Shown here: positions 1-12,317 of the stretch, piece after piece
How the letters are laid out: every line of letters begins with the position of its first letter
Position numbering within the stretch: the first letter of the stretch is position 1
Assembly (NCBI GenBank): GCA_001949185.1
Contig: BDGG01000011.1
Span: 67,249 to 131,248, forward strand
Source: Ramazzottius varieornatus
Lineage: Eukaryota; Animalia; Tardigrada
Reading direction: 5' to 3'
Length of the DNA stretch: 64,000 nucleotides
Translations under genes and position numbers: made by a program
The notes under the pieces: model-generated
The model's input: only the letters and a program-made list of their open reading frames with translations
The model's database searches: none
What the model was told of the DNA's origin: nothing

Positions 1-96
1 CAACCACAAACCTGCTGTGTTGTAAGAGCGAAACCAGGCACTGCACAGTTTTGGTAGCGGTCGAGTCTGGTTGTCGGACAGAACCGCAAGCGGGAA

Positions 97-3000
97 ATGT
101 CGGTATGGAAAGCGCGCGAACTGTGGGATGCTCCGTCTGCTCAAGACAGCTTTGCAGCGAACGATCCATCGCTTCTTCCGGACCTGGACGTTTCGCTCAG
201 CATTCAGTGTTCGCGGGGATGTTTGTGCATTGTCCGGATACCTGAAAGACCAGGTACACTCACAACACGTTCAGCCATGTCATTTTGCGAGAAACTTCCG
301 TGCCCTTGTTGTGATTTCGCTTGCAAGCACTAGTATTTTATAGTTCTGTTGATTATTTCTGACACAAAAATTGATTTTCATAACCAGCTCGTATAATTTT
401 GCTCCCCATACCGCATATGAGATCGTAAAAGAGCGTGTTAATTTAAGGGTCCGACATCCTTATCGTGGGAACATGGAGTGGATCAATAAGCGGTTTCTGT
501 CCGGAGCAAACGCCATACAGTCCGGAGCATGTGCTCTTCGAAAAGACTTTGGACAGTCCGGTTCTGCAAATCGAAACCGGTAGTTTCATCCTGTAAGTGT
601 CGAGATGTACTGAACCAAAACAGGAGCAAAAAGAAATCAACATTGCCGAGTTTTCAGTCGCTAGAATTTCGGTTTTGTTCCCATCGGTATCTACGATGAA
701 AGATTTTTCTTTTTTGAAGTCAAGGTACTGACGATCATCTATGGTTAAATTTTTGATTTTTTTACAGTGGCGCTGGATCAGCTGGGTTCCAGCTTGCCGT
801 CCTACACCCTGACAAACTGAGCATTTGCTACTTTACCAGCCAGGCTTCCGAAGAGAACAGTCCTGGTCTGGTTGTCCTTCGAGCTTACAAGCTCAAGTGT
901 GCGGCGTACTCTTTGGTCACTGGCTCCTTTAGCGGCGTGAAAGGTGCGTCCGTAATCTTCTCTTCCCTCTTCACTCCATCCATCATATTTCCCGGACTTG
1001 ACATATCATGTGAATTCGTGTGTTTATAGGAAGGCAGATGTTGTGTGTGGTAATGATGGACGGTACCTTCACCCTGATCGACCAGGAGACTGTGATGGAG
1101 ACTCCTCCGTTGGAGGACTTCTTACTTCCTGGTCCAGTATGCTATCTGCCAGGTCGAGACTGTTTCGTGGTGGGCGCTTCGAACTGGACAGCCGAGTGTT
1201 ACACATACAGCGAGCTAGCTTCCAAAGCAGGACTGATATCGTCGAAACCCAACCAGGAAGTGAAGATGCGTAAGACGTGGGCATACAACTGTGGAGAAGC
1301 GCTGCTGGACATCAAGTGCGGGGCGGATGTGTCCAAAGCGCCACTTCTCCTTCTCGGTATCAAACAATCCTACAACCAACTATTATATAGTATTCTTAGT
1401 CTCGTACCAGCGATTTCATCTGTTTAGGAGAGAGACATATTTTCTGGCTGGATATCAACGGTGCCATGCGTTCGATACGACGGTTGGATTGCCAAGCGAG
1501 CTTCCTTACCATTTACCCGTCAGGTCTGAAAATTTTTCTGTCCTATTCGCTGCGACTTCTGTCAAAGCTTACGGTGTGGTTTCCTGTAACAGTGAAGGAT
1601 GGAGTGTTCAACTTTATACTTGGAACTACAACACAGACATTATTGGTGTACGAGGAACTGGTACCGAAATGGACCGCGCAGTTACCCATGCCCGTTGTCG
1701 ACATCCGAGTGGCCAGAATAGCGTCAGTGAAATTTCGTTCTGTTAGGAAGGTCTTTGTGAACTTTATCGACGAATGTGCTTTTCAGTTCCGGCGACGGTG
1801 TATTGATAGCCTTGGCTGAAGATGGTCGCCTCACCGCACTTTACCTCGGTACAGACCCAGAAGTCTATGAGACGAAAAACGCAGGGACGACGCGCCAGTT
1901 CAATGCGGAAGAGATCAAGATTGAAACGAACCGTCTGTCGGAGATGATCCGCCTAGCTGAGGGCGGTACGTCCGAAGAACAGATGCAGGCTTCGAGCAAG
2001 CCTGAGGTCCCCGAAGCTAACGTGCTCGTGATATCGGTGGCGGCTTTTACGGAAGTGGCGTTCGCCTTGGACGTCAAGTCGGGAAACGGCCAGCGGGTCC
2101 CGGCGAGTCGGAGCCACGTGACTGTTCAGGCAGCTGGAGGGGATGGGCGAGACATAACGGATGTGGAGGTGACGGTGCAGATGGAGGAACCGTTTTATGC
2201 CATGCCGGCTTCGTTTAGCAGTCTGTCACTCGGTAGGTATTGTGTTTGTACAGTAAAATCTGACTGGTAACGTAAGTTTTTTTTGCGAAGAGAACGTAGA
2301 AAATCGTCGCTCGTTCTCGCGCCATTACACGCCGACATCTTTAGTGACAGTAGCTTGATGTGGTATAGCGCATTAGATGCTGAAGGTGTTTTGGTCAATC
2401 CTTTTGTTTTCAGGAAAGCCTTTTGTCTCGAAGTTGACAGTCCAGAACTCCCTGCAGTGTTCGCCGAGAAACTTGTCCGGGACGTTGTTCGTCAGTTTCA
2501 GGCAATCCGGTACCGTGAGCAATTCCGTATGAACTTTTAAGTGGTCCAGATAGCAGTTGTTCTGTGAGTGCGATGGTTTCAGGTGGCCAAAGAATGCAGA
2601 AGGAAGTATTCAACTTGCCGTTTGCCATAGTTGCCCAGGCGGCACCACTGTCAAAGAAGGCAGCCATCAAGCTTGACTTCGATATCGCTCCTACACCATT
2701 GAAAATTCCAGATGCTTTTCCCGGTAGGTATTGGGTCTTGTACAGGTGCCGTACTTTCCTGTTTTCCACAAAGCAAACGCTGTATGAGCTCGCTAGCCTT
2801 TTCTAGATTTCGGACTGCAGCAGGACGAATCGGGCATCACGTTCGATTTTTACGGCGCCGGGCTGGCTTCGCTCCTCATTTCCAAAAAGCAAGAAAGTAC
2901 GCCAGGCTTGTCAGATTAGTTTTCGGGCAGAGCAATTCACGAACTGCGAAGCTGATTTGTCTTGCAGCAAAAACGCGAATTCAAAGTGACGACCCAAGCC

Positions 3001-4062
3001 TACTGCTGGTTCTTTGTCAAGAAGTACAGCGTCGAATGAGCTTCGTGGCCGCTGGAAGCACCGTCTGCTGTGCTTCAACCTTTCCGATCGATGAGTTTAC
3101 CGCTGTTTCACAAAACAAACTCAACGTAAATATTGACGAAGAAGCACTACAGTTTCTTTCCAGTTGCTGTTGTTTGTCTTCATTGAAACTCAGTGTATTC
3201 TAGCTGAAGAAGTCGTACGAGGCACTGATAACAGATCTGGATTTATGGACCCAACAGCTCTTTTTGGTGGAGAAGCGCTTCTTGGCTCGACTGAAAGACC
3301 GAGACGTGCAGATTGTTAGCAAACTGGAGGAGCTCCTCGAATTTACCCAAGAGAAGGTCCGTCTTTTGCCTGTCTCGAAGTTGGATTTACCCTGTGGCTT
3401 CAACGGGTATTTATGCTCTATCAGATTATTGGTGTGGTTGAGGAGCTCGAAAGAACCAAGGGTGAACTGGAGGTCGCCAAAAGAGCAGTTGCGTCGGTGG
3501 TGGCACTCATGCACTGGCTCGTAGCTCTGAACAACAGGACGCTTCCAGCGGACCAGATCCAACTGTTGCAGCTTGTAGTCCATGCTGGCATGGAAGAAAC
3601 ATTCGACGAGGTGAGCAATCTGGTTACTTTCGCAAAAGTAATATGATACTGTAACGTGCGAAAGCGAAGTTGCACAGAGTTGATGTAATCGATCAGCAGA
3701 ACACTGTAGAAAGTTTCCTGGCGCATATATCGCAGGATTTGCATAGGAAAATATTTTACAAACTAAAATGCTGATTTCATGGTCAGACCAGTGCGGGATA
3801 TTTTTTCCGGAGTGGGGATCTCTGACGCGTCCACGTAGTACATGCTGTTTTTATTGCTGTTTTTCAGACGTGGGAAGCTCAAAGCTCGGCCGCAGCGAAA
3901 TACTACGGGTTGAAACGTGTGGCAACCGATAACATGTCGTCGGGAACCTTTTATCATACCGAACTGGCCGATCCTTCGAATTTGCTCAAAAGGGCTTACC
4001 TTAATCAATTGAACGTGGGCGAGACGAAAGAGTTGCGCAAAGAGACCCGCTTTACCGAATAG
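97..4062 (+). CDS. BBS9: Bardet-Biedl syndrome 9 / PTHB1 BBSome subunit, multi-exon gene
   Basis: The N-terminus MSVWKARELWD resembles BBS9 MSLFKARDWW. Spliced exons give ILIVGTWSG..LFEKTLDSPVLQIETGSF (448-592), LAVLHPDKL, LLPGPVCYLPGRDCFVV, WAYNCGE, GERHIFWLD, DGRLTALYLGTDP and VEKRFLARLKDR. The last exon TWEAQ...RFTE* ends at TAG 4060-4062. GT/AG junctions were found at the exons checked. Confidence 0.92.
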
Positions 4063-6218
4063 TATATTTTCTTCATTGTTGCTGGTTACTTCAGGTGTCT
4101 TCTTGTTCAATTGATAACGATACATCTCTTCTTATTCAGAGCCCTGCTCTCAACGAAAAGAGCACTCCTGGCCCGACAAGTACAGTACCACTCGTCCTGA
4201 AATAATAGTTTTCTAATGTGTTAGGCACACTGACAAGGCTAAATAAACCGAAATAGTTTTTGACATGATCGCAGAACGCAACGAGCCATAATTCTATTGT
4301 TCAGAAGTCCATCAGGTTTTTCACGTAGAAGAAGGGGCTTCAATAGAACATTGATACGTAATGTACCCGTAAGAAGTTTTGTATATCCTTTCGTTTCCTT
4401 GCTCGACGAGCGAAACGTTATTTGTTACACCGCGCAAGATGGAGTAACTGCGGTATAATCCAGAGTACAGTCATTGTACGGTGAAATGCGAATGAGGAAT
4501 TGCCCGTTGAAAGAGAAACGTTTTATATCGAGATGATGTTGCTCGAATCACGTGACAGAAAAGTTTTTTCGATGACGTTGACACCAGCAAGAATGTGGCT
4601 GGCCATGAAAAGTTACCCCTGGGGATGACTTTTGATGGTGATTGGGTATGGGAAGTTTTTCGAGCACGTGAGAGCTACAGCTCGTTCCCTATGGGAGCTA
4701 GGACCGTGGTCCTTATACTTGTCCGGTTACCTGTGCTGCGTTCTGTCCTGCACCAGTGCCAATCAAAAGCGGCTGCGAACCCGATCCCAATGACATTGCG
4801 GAAAGATGTCTACAGTATGTGCACAGGGTGCTCCACCTACTAGACGCACGAACAATCTCGATGAAAATGCGAACCTGTTAGCCTGTGGCGTACTATACCG
4901 GAATATCGTTTGGACAAAATATCAACTGACACTTTAGCTAACTTCGAATATCAACTAACCACAATAGTAACTTTTCAGGATGTCGTTTTGCACACTGATG
5001 GACTAACTATAATATTAACCGACCAATATATCGCTCGATCAAGTGCATGATAACTCTCGACGGCTTTTGCAAACAACTTCGAATATCTTTCAAATGAACT
5101 TCAGTTTCGAATGGCGTGGTTCAAAAGCGTCACGGTTGGTTAAACTTATCCGAAGTCACGGATAGGGCGCAGTAACTAGCCGGCATTGTGCGCAATCGGG
5201 ATGTGATATTCGCATCAATTATCCACGTGGCTAGAGTTTTCGTCCCGCGACATTCGTAGTCGGCATTGTGGTCAAACGATGTTTTGAGCAGGTACGAACC
5301 TGCGGTACCAGATGGCTGGTCCGCTCTAATTTCGGAATCTAATTGAACCATGGCGGATGTGCAAATTCTTTTTGTATTTATTGGCTTTTGTATCATAATA
5401 CGCTATTCAAAATGGGATCCTTCAAGCACTTGAACACAGTTACTTATAAAGAAAGATGCAATCGTGGTGGAAAAATCGGGCTAGTTTCGTGGTAACAATC
5501 AAGCGATGAATAATTTTGTGGTTTTTACTCTGGTTCCGGTTACGTTTCTGACACGACGAACCCGTGGCTGACGTGACGTGTAGTACCTGCTTCTGACAGG
5601 CACTTTTGAAGGGACGAGAATCCAATAGCGTGTGTTAAACAGATCTGATGGATATCTCGACAAAACCAAGAAACTGCGACACATCGTCTGTTCAGCGCTC
5701 AACTGCCGAGTAATTGACGATCGTATTTATCTGGGTAACTGAGCTTGGAAGTCATTAACGACGACTTGATCACTATGTGGTTCGAACACGCCGCGCGTGA
5801 GGTTGCTTTGGTTATTGTTTTATTACACTGACCCACTTCACCAGCCGCGGCTGCGTCACTGGATGAATTATTCCTCGCAATCTTTGAATATTCGAGAGGC
5901 GAGTTCGACTGAATTCAGCCTTGTGACGTATTCTGTAACCAAAACTGAAAATTAATTAGTAAACTTTAATGTCAGAAGCCGCTCTCAAGATTGTCCGAAA
6001 GCTCGCGGTAAGCACACTGCATCACCACCAATGAAAACGTAAATCATAAAATATGCGTGTATACCCGCCGTCTGTTAACGAGCGCGCCTAGCTCGCCAAG
6101 AATCTGTTCGCTCTGACTAACTAATTACCCCAATTTAAATCAGCAAAAAGCTGTCTCCAGTAGAGAACTTTCTCTTCATTTCAAATTTTTCGTTCCGGAC
6201 AGTTACCATTTTCTCAGG

Positions 6219-7691
6219 ATGTACACCAAACTGTTGGTGGGTGTTCTGGCGGTTTTATCCTCCGTATGTGCTGAAGATAGCCACAGGTATGGCCTTTACG
6301 ATCCTTACGCGTCAGCTCCCTACATGAATAACTACCCCTCGTCGGTACCCTCTCCGTACGGTAACAGCTACTCGACACCGGCTCCTGTACCATACGGTAA
6401 TAATTATGGATCACCATCCCCACCATCCTATGGAGGAGACTATGCGACTCCAGCTCCATATTCAAACAGTTACTCTATCGCAACCCCAGCGCCATATGGA
6501 GGCATTTACTCGGCTCCGGGACCTGCACCCTACAGGGAGAAGTATCCTTCACCAAGCCCGCCTTCCTACGAAAGTAGTAGCTATTCGGCCCCGTCTCCTT
6601 CACCATATGGAGACAGCTATTCCGCACCCACTCCGGCCCCTTACGCCAATATCTATAGTGCGGCGACACCGGCACCGTACGATGGCAGTTACCCTACAGC
6701 AAAACCTGCTCCATACGGACATAGCTACCGTGCACCGGCTCCTGCAGCTGTGGAATATGAAGACGGATATCCTTCTCCGACTCCTGCGCCTTCCGGTACT
6801 GGCTATGCTTCGCCAACACCCGCTCCATACAGAGATAGCTATGTTGCACTAGCTCCCGTGAAACACGATGCTGGCTATCCCGTAGCGACACCCGCTCCAT
6901 ATGGTAACAGTTACGCTGCACCGGAATCCTCTCTGTACGATAATATGAAGTACCCATCACCAAGTCCGCCTTCGTACGGTATCTACCCGGCTTTGTCACC
7001 TGCACCATATGGAGACACCTATAGTGGCGATAGTTACGCTACGCCAGCACCTGCCAAATACGGTGGTTCTTACGGGAGCAGTTACACCTCACCAACTCCG
7101 GCTCCTTACGAGAACAGCTATGCCTCTCCAACACCAGCACCATATGGTTCGGCTTACGGCCCGAAAACCGAAAATGAGTACGGTAACAACTACTCATCTC
7201 CCACCCCAGCTCCTGGGCCATATGGTAACAGTTACTCCCCACCCAGCCATGCCATATATGGTAACAGTTACGCCTCTTCGGCACCGGCTCCGTACGGATC
7301 CAGCTACGATTCATACAACACGAAGGGTTACGCCGACAACTACGCAGCCCCAGCACCTGCGACGTACGGACAAAAGTCCAATGATTACGGATCAGGATAT
7401 CAAGACACGGGATACAGCAAAAAGAATTACTACATGGCATCAGCTCCTTCGCCGGTGCCGTACGGTGAAACCTCCAACTATAGATCGAGCTCTTATAGTG
7501 GCGATAGATACGGTAACAGCTACGCAAACTTCCCTTCCATTATCACCATGATGGTGGTACCGAAACTGCCCACCTGTTCCGGCACCGCTCCCATCGGCTG
7601 TCGGTTCCAACCCCTGATTGATCCGATCAGGCGAGCCCTTCTTCACTGCCTGACAGTGTGTGATCAGCCGGTTCCGCGATTGACTAGATAA
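6219..7691 (+). CDS. Secreted Tyr/Pro/Ser/Ala/Gly-rich repetitive structural protein (490 aa) with a C-terminal 4-Cys module
   Basis: Single long ORF with signal peptide MYTKLLVGVLAVLSSVCA, ~12-aa repeats such as YSAPTPAPYGDS, and C-terminal CSGTAPIGCRF...CLTVCDQPV. AATAAA signals at ~7770 and ~7783. Confidence 0.88.
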   Translation: MYTKLLVGVLAVLSSVCAEDSHRYGLYDPYASAPYMNNYPSSVPSPYGNSYSTPAPVPYGNNYGSPSPPSYGGDYATPAPYSNSYSIATPAPYGGIYSAPGPAPYREKYPSPSPPSYESSSYSAPSPSPYGDSYSAPTPAPYANIYSAATPAPYDGSYPTAKPAPYGHSYRAPAPAAVEYEDGYPSPTPAPSGTGYASPTPAPYRDSYVALAPVKHDAGYPVATPAPYGNSYAAPESSLYDNMKYPSPSPPSYGIYPALSPAPYGDTYSGDSYATPAPAKYGGSYGSSYTSPTPAPYENSYASPTPAPYGSAYGPKTENEYGNNYSSPTPAPGPYGNSYSPPSHAIYGNSYASSAPAPYGSSYDSYNTKGYADNYAAPAPATYGQKSNDYGSGYQDTGYSKKNYYMASAPSPVPYGETSNYRSSSYSGDRYGNSYANFPSIITMMVVPKLPTCSGTAPIGCRFQPLIDPIRRALLHCLTVCDQPVPRLTR

Positions 7692-9030
7692 GAACACCGG
7701 TCATACGATGATTTGCGGATCTAAACCACACTTATTGTTTCATTAGAATATTTTTTCACTTTCTTACATAATAAATCGGTGCAATAAAACGTTTCATAAT
7801 CACTTATATTCTCCGTGTCGTCCCAGCGAGGTGCGCACACCTGGCTCCATCTGCTGCGCAAGTCGCTCAGACCTCGGTCGGTTGCGCGTACATTTTCGGA
7901 AGTTGATTAGCCCTCAGACGATCAAGACAAATATTGCCCAGAGAGACACAGAAGCAAGAAAATCATTGAATCTCGCTCTACATGCGTAAGAAAACTTCGG
8001 AGCCTATAGATATCGTTGCGCGCCACAGTGAGCTTGTACTGTATTTCACGTCGTTCTTTTCTCACGTGCATCACAGTTTATTCACCGTAATAGTTATTCA
8101 GCTTTATAGCACGGTAATGTCAGGAATGTGGAAGCATGGTCTCAACCCTGATTCGAGTAACAGCCGGAGGTAATCGAACACGCTTACGAACATCGATGAC
8201 GTCACAACTTTACCAAAATTACATTGTTAAACCAGAACAGAACAGTAGGAAGAGAATAACATGGGAGATGTGATGCGGTGGGTTCTATCTATAGATTTTC
8301 GAGTCTTCTTCACCTTGCAACTTTTGGTTTCGGAAGCTTCTGTACTTGAGTGCGACGCTTAGAATAGAAATAAAGGCGGCATTTGGAAAAAAACCAAGTA
8401 AGACCGGAGATCTTGGATGAAAGACCACACTTATCCAGACAAACAAGAGGAACAAGGAAGAAACGAGAAAGACAACCGGCTCATGGTGGGAGAAGCACCG
8501 GTAACATCTGCAGTCTGATGCAAAGCCACATCAAACCGTATCAAACAACCAAAACCTCTAGAGTCTCGATTGTTGAATAGTCCGGATTTTTATTTCCCAT
8601 AAAACTGGTGTTGCTTTAGCTGTGTATGGATTTTGAGCTGAACAACTATTACCGTAAATAAACTCTGCCTGCATGGTGCGCGCGGACGGGAGGTTTTCTT
8701 GCTCTGCACGAATGCACCAGTACTTGAGAAACACATCTGAACTAATGATCAGCTTTCGATATACAGAGTAGCGCCAGTGAAGTCCGTGGTGCTAAATAAG
8801 TTCTTTGATTTTGAATGTTTGTGCGAACGTTTCCCACAAAGGCTCAAGGTCTGTGGATGCACGAAAACATGGCAATTTAATGTTTCAACAAGCTAAGTTA
8901 GCCGATAGATAGAACAGTCACACTTTTCGGTGATCATCGTGAGTCCGTGACGAAGCATTGAAATCTGGTATTTAAGATTTGACTTTTCATTGCACCATAA
9001 TGTGAATCTCCGCAAGTGTGCGTACTCACA

Positions 9031-9305
9031 AGGGGATTATGCCTGTCCCCACCTCCCGACGGTCAAACCGTCCCGCCTGGACGATAGACGAGAGTCTCTT
9101 CTATGATATGAGCCAGGGAGCTAAATCCCGCGATGATCCTGGAATAAACGATAGAACTAGGAAGTGACGGACCTCAAATACTGCAGTGACGTAAGCTCTT
9201 TGATGGAAGTTNNNNNNNNNNNNNNNNNNNNNNNNNNNNNNNNNNNNNNNNNNNNNNNNNNGGGACGGTTTGACCGTCGGGAGGTGGGGACAGGCATAGT
9301 CCCCT
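9031..9305. mobile_element. Foldback MITE containing an assembly gap
   Basis: ~44-bp inverted termini: aggggattatgcctgtccccacctcccgacggtcaaaccgtccc / gggacggtttgaccgtcgggaggtggggacaggcatagtcccct. Internal motifs are shared with the element at 37766-38299. Confidence 0.8.
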
Positions 9306-9359
9306 TGTCAGCTGGAAATCATTTTGGATCATTCTCCGAACTAGAGCAGTCTTCCCGCC

Positions 9360-10025
9360 ATGCTGTTTCTGCTAGTCGTTGGTAGTCTAGCTGCATGCGT
9401 ATCGGCGTCCACCCGATGCGGTAGCATGAATTATGGATACAACGACTACTATACGGTTGCCCCGACTGCAACGCCAACAACGGTAACAGCCCCTACGGTC
9501 CTAACCACCGCAGCACCCAATGCCACATGTCCCGGCATTCCACCAATCGGATGCCGCTTTCAGGCCTTGACTGATCCCTCAAGCGGAGCTGTACTCTTCT
9601 GCCTGCTAGTGTGCGACCAGCCCGTCACTTGGACAACCACCGCTGCAACCACGACGACCCCCGTCACCACTACTGCAGCATCTGGTATCACCACCATTAC
9701 CCCCAGTGTTGCCACCATCACGACGCTCAGTCCCGTCATAGTGGCAGCGCAAGCTCAGATTGCAAGATGCCTTGCGGACACCACGCAGTCCTTGCCCAGT
9801 GGATGTTTCTTCAACGGCAATGGGAATGTGTCACTGTTGACTTGTGGGATTACGTGTCTTGGCGCGGATACCATCAGTCGATGTCAGAATGGCGCTGGTA
9901 GTAAGATTGATCTTTGTCTTTGTGGCCACGGGGCACCCAGTAGTGGTTGCACGTACACTTTCGGCGGGACTACGTCCCCACTGACATGTCAGCAGAACTG
10001 TCGAGCGCCACCCTCCATGGGTTGA
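9360..10025 (+). CDS. Secreted Thr-rich, Cys-module protein (221 aa)
   Basis: Signal peptide MLFLLVVGSLAACVSA, mucin-like Thr tracts, and three related C..P.GC.(F/Y)..C-x3-C modules. The first module closely matches the C-terminal module of the 6219 protein. Confidence 0.85.
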   Translation: MLFLLVVGSLAACVSASTRCGSMNYGYNDYYTVAPTATPTTVTAPTVLTTAAPNATCPGIPPIGCRFQALTDPSSGAVLFCLLVCDQPVTWTTTAATTTTPVTTTAASGITTITPSVATITTLSPVIVAAQAQIARCLADTTQSLPSGCFFNGNGNVSLLTCGITCLGADTISRCQNGAGSKIDLCLCGHGAPSSGCTYTFGGTTSPLTCQQNCRAPPSMG

Positions 10026-10397
10026 ACAGATGGCTTTACGTTGTCATTAGAATTTCATTACAGAATTCTGGTTGAAAGAAAGTAATGGCGCAACTAAAGA
10101 AAACGAAGTGTCCTCGAGCACTGACTAAATTTAACTGCAACTATACATGTACAACACACATCCGACGTGTTTCAGTAGTCGAAAACACAAGAAAGAGCCT
10201 TTTCTGTCGAAATACGACAAAGTCTTCGGATTCTAGCTTGAATATGGACCAGCATGGTGTGATGATCTGCTCTCGCTGACCATCGTGCCGTGCTGGTCCA
10301 TACCAGCAGATGCACTTCCTCCGGTTCTTGGGCTCGACGATCATTGAGATGACCACAAAGACAGTACACGCGTGAAGAGAAATTATGAGCCAGCAAA

Positions 10398-10531
10398 AAT
10401 AATGGACCAGGCCTTTTCGCTATGGCGGTACGGAAGCACGTACGTACGCGACTAATTCACATGATTGTATTTTCCGACACTGTTCTACGGTTAAATTCCC
10501 ATTTTACCGTCTTTCCGCCTGGTCCATAGTT
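10398..10531. mobile_element. MITE family A, copy 1 (~135 bp)
   Basis: TIR aataatggaccaggc / gcctggtccatagtt. The internal sequence recurs at 27916-28042, 35380-35508 and 46041-46173. Confidence 0.75.
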
Positions 10532-11904
10532 TGAAGTGGCCCATAATTTCTCGTCGTGTGTGTAGAGTTCTTCCTGGCGATGGGAGGTGGTCGAAGAATC
10601 GACTATGGTCACTGCTCGGGTCGAGCAAAGCTGGCGCTGCTTTATACTGTATTTTATATGGTGGCATTTGACAACGGGATCGAGGCGACCATGAAAATGT
10701 TGATAGTTGAGGAAATTGTCGATACTTTGGTTGTTGGTAACCGCAGCGTTCGCAGTAGTGTACGACATGTACGAGCGCCTGTTCCGTCTGCGTACGGTTC
10801 TTCGAGGTATACCAACTCTCGTTGCAGTGTCTGCGGACCATTCCCGTACATTCACTTTTGGAGGCAAGTCGAAAAGGGGAAATCCTGTACCGAAGTTCAG
10901 AGACAAAACGATACCGAAGTACCGGTTCGTTTATGGGCCGGCTGAGCACAGTGCCTGGCCCTATACTTCACTGGCATACGCCAATGTTCCTGGAGAAGCG
11001 CTATATGGCTGAGATGCGGAAGCCTCTCCCAAGCACAACCACCTACGGGTAAGTGCATTGGGATATTGCATCGTACAGAAAAGTCTTATTATTAATACGA
11101 AGTGATTTGATAACCCATGCATCGCTAAGACTGGTTGGTTGGGAAAACACTACAGGCTTTCCTTCTTCATATACAGAAGACGAGGATTTCCATCAAAACT
11201 TAGTAGGGCCTCTCAAATCGGAAACCCATGGAGGGGAGACGTGGCGATCTACTCCACGGGACCCTTTGCGCAATTAATGGTCGGGTCCCACGAGCAACAT
11301 TACACCCCAGTCGCAATTAATTAAGCAGTATGTTATCGCTCCCAGGAATCTGCTCACTGTAATTCACACCCGGTCACTTCGATATCTCTTCCGTTGTCTC
11401 AGACTCAGTTATAAGCTCGTAAGGCCTGTCAGACCAGATGACGGTTGTTCTATCTATGCAAAGAAGGAATACTGGGGCGTTGTGAAACAGTCTTACTGGA
11501 GAAATTTCACCTAGGATGGATTTTGATTTCGCTGAAGCTGTTGCTGTCGCATGAAGTCTAGAACATAATTTTAACAGAATACTTTTCCTTATTTCTTGTC
11601 GACGGCTCATTGTCACGTTCGACATGTCAAAGAATTCCAGTTTACTAACGATTAGAAATGGAGAAAAAGGCGATGGTTCTTTTAGATCTTCGATCCACAC
11701 GGCCAAGCTGAGCAGAAGGTTCTCGTATTCCGAGTAATCTCAACCTATCAATGTTGATCCAGAGTCTCAGCGGAGACATTCAATACTAAGTCGCCGTGTG
11801 ATGTTTGGATACTGCTTATAATTGACTTGAGAGACACTGAGCTGGTCCCATTCTGCGCAGCTGTCAACTTCTGTCAATACCCTGACATATCCCGTTGAAT
11901 GTTA

Positions 11905-12181
11905 GGCTGCGTTTCGTAAGTCAAAAACCCTAGCTAATAACCAGCTTTTTCACACGTGACTGGCGACGACACGGACGGGATAGGTGCTGGGTTAACGGTT
12001 AACTCGCATAAAAAAGGCTAGTTAATGGTTAACCCGATTCAATCAAGCCCGCTGAAATCACAGTGAAATTTGATTGTCCAAGCTCGTCTTTTTCAAGCAT
12101 CTTTCTTATGTTCGTTCTTGGCCGTGACGTCATCAGTCACGTGTCGGGTTGTTAACTACGGTTGACTTACGAAACGAAGCC
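11905..12181. mobile_element. PIF/Harbinger (Tourist-like) MITE
   Basis: TIR ggctgcgtttcgtaagtcaa / ttgacttacgaaacgaagcc with a TTA duplication on both sides. Confidence 0.8.
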
Positions 12182-12317
12182 TTAGGCTCATGAATCACAC
12201 TGAGCCATGACCGAAGTCAAAAAATAGGGGCAATATCTATCTCTTCTCTATTGTGACAGCTCTTCGCAATTTCACGGACTCAAACTTGACAAGACTCAGC
12301 ATGCTGACAGTCTCACG

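Noticed and set aside
4880-5911. Repeated aacttcgaatatc motifs and a pogo-like end (gagttcgactg)
   Set aside because: No matching opposite terminus found, so boundaries cannot be supported.
6214-7697. Multiple overlapping alternative-frame and antisense ORFs
   Set aside because: Expected shadows of the repetitive, compositionally biased 490-aa ORF.
10556-11324. Overlapping short ORFs with hydrophobic stretches and a gtaagt donor
   Set aside because: May be a decayed exon, but no family motif could be recognised in any frame.
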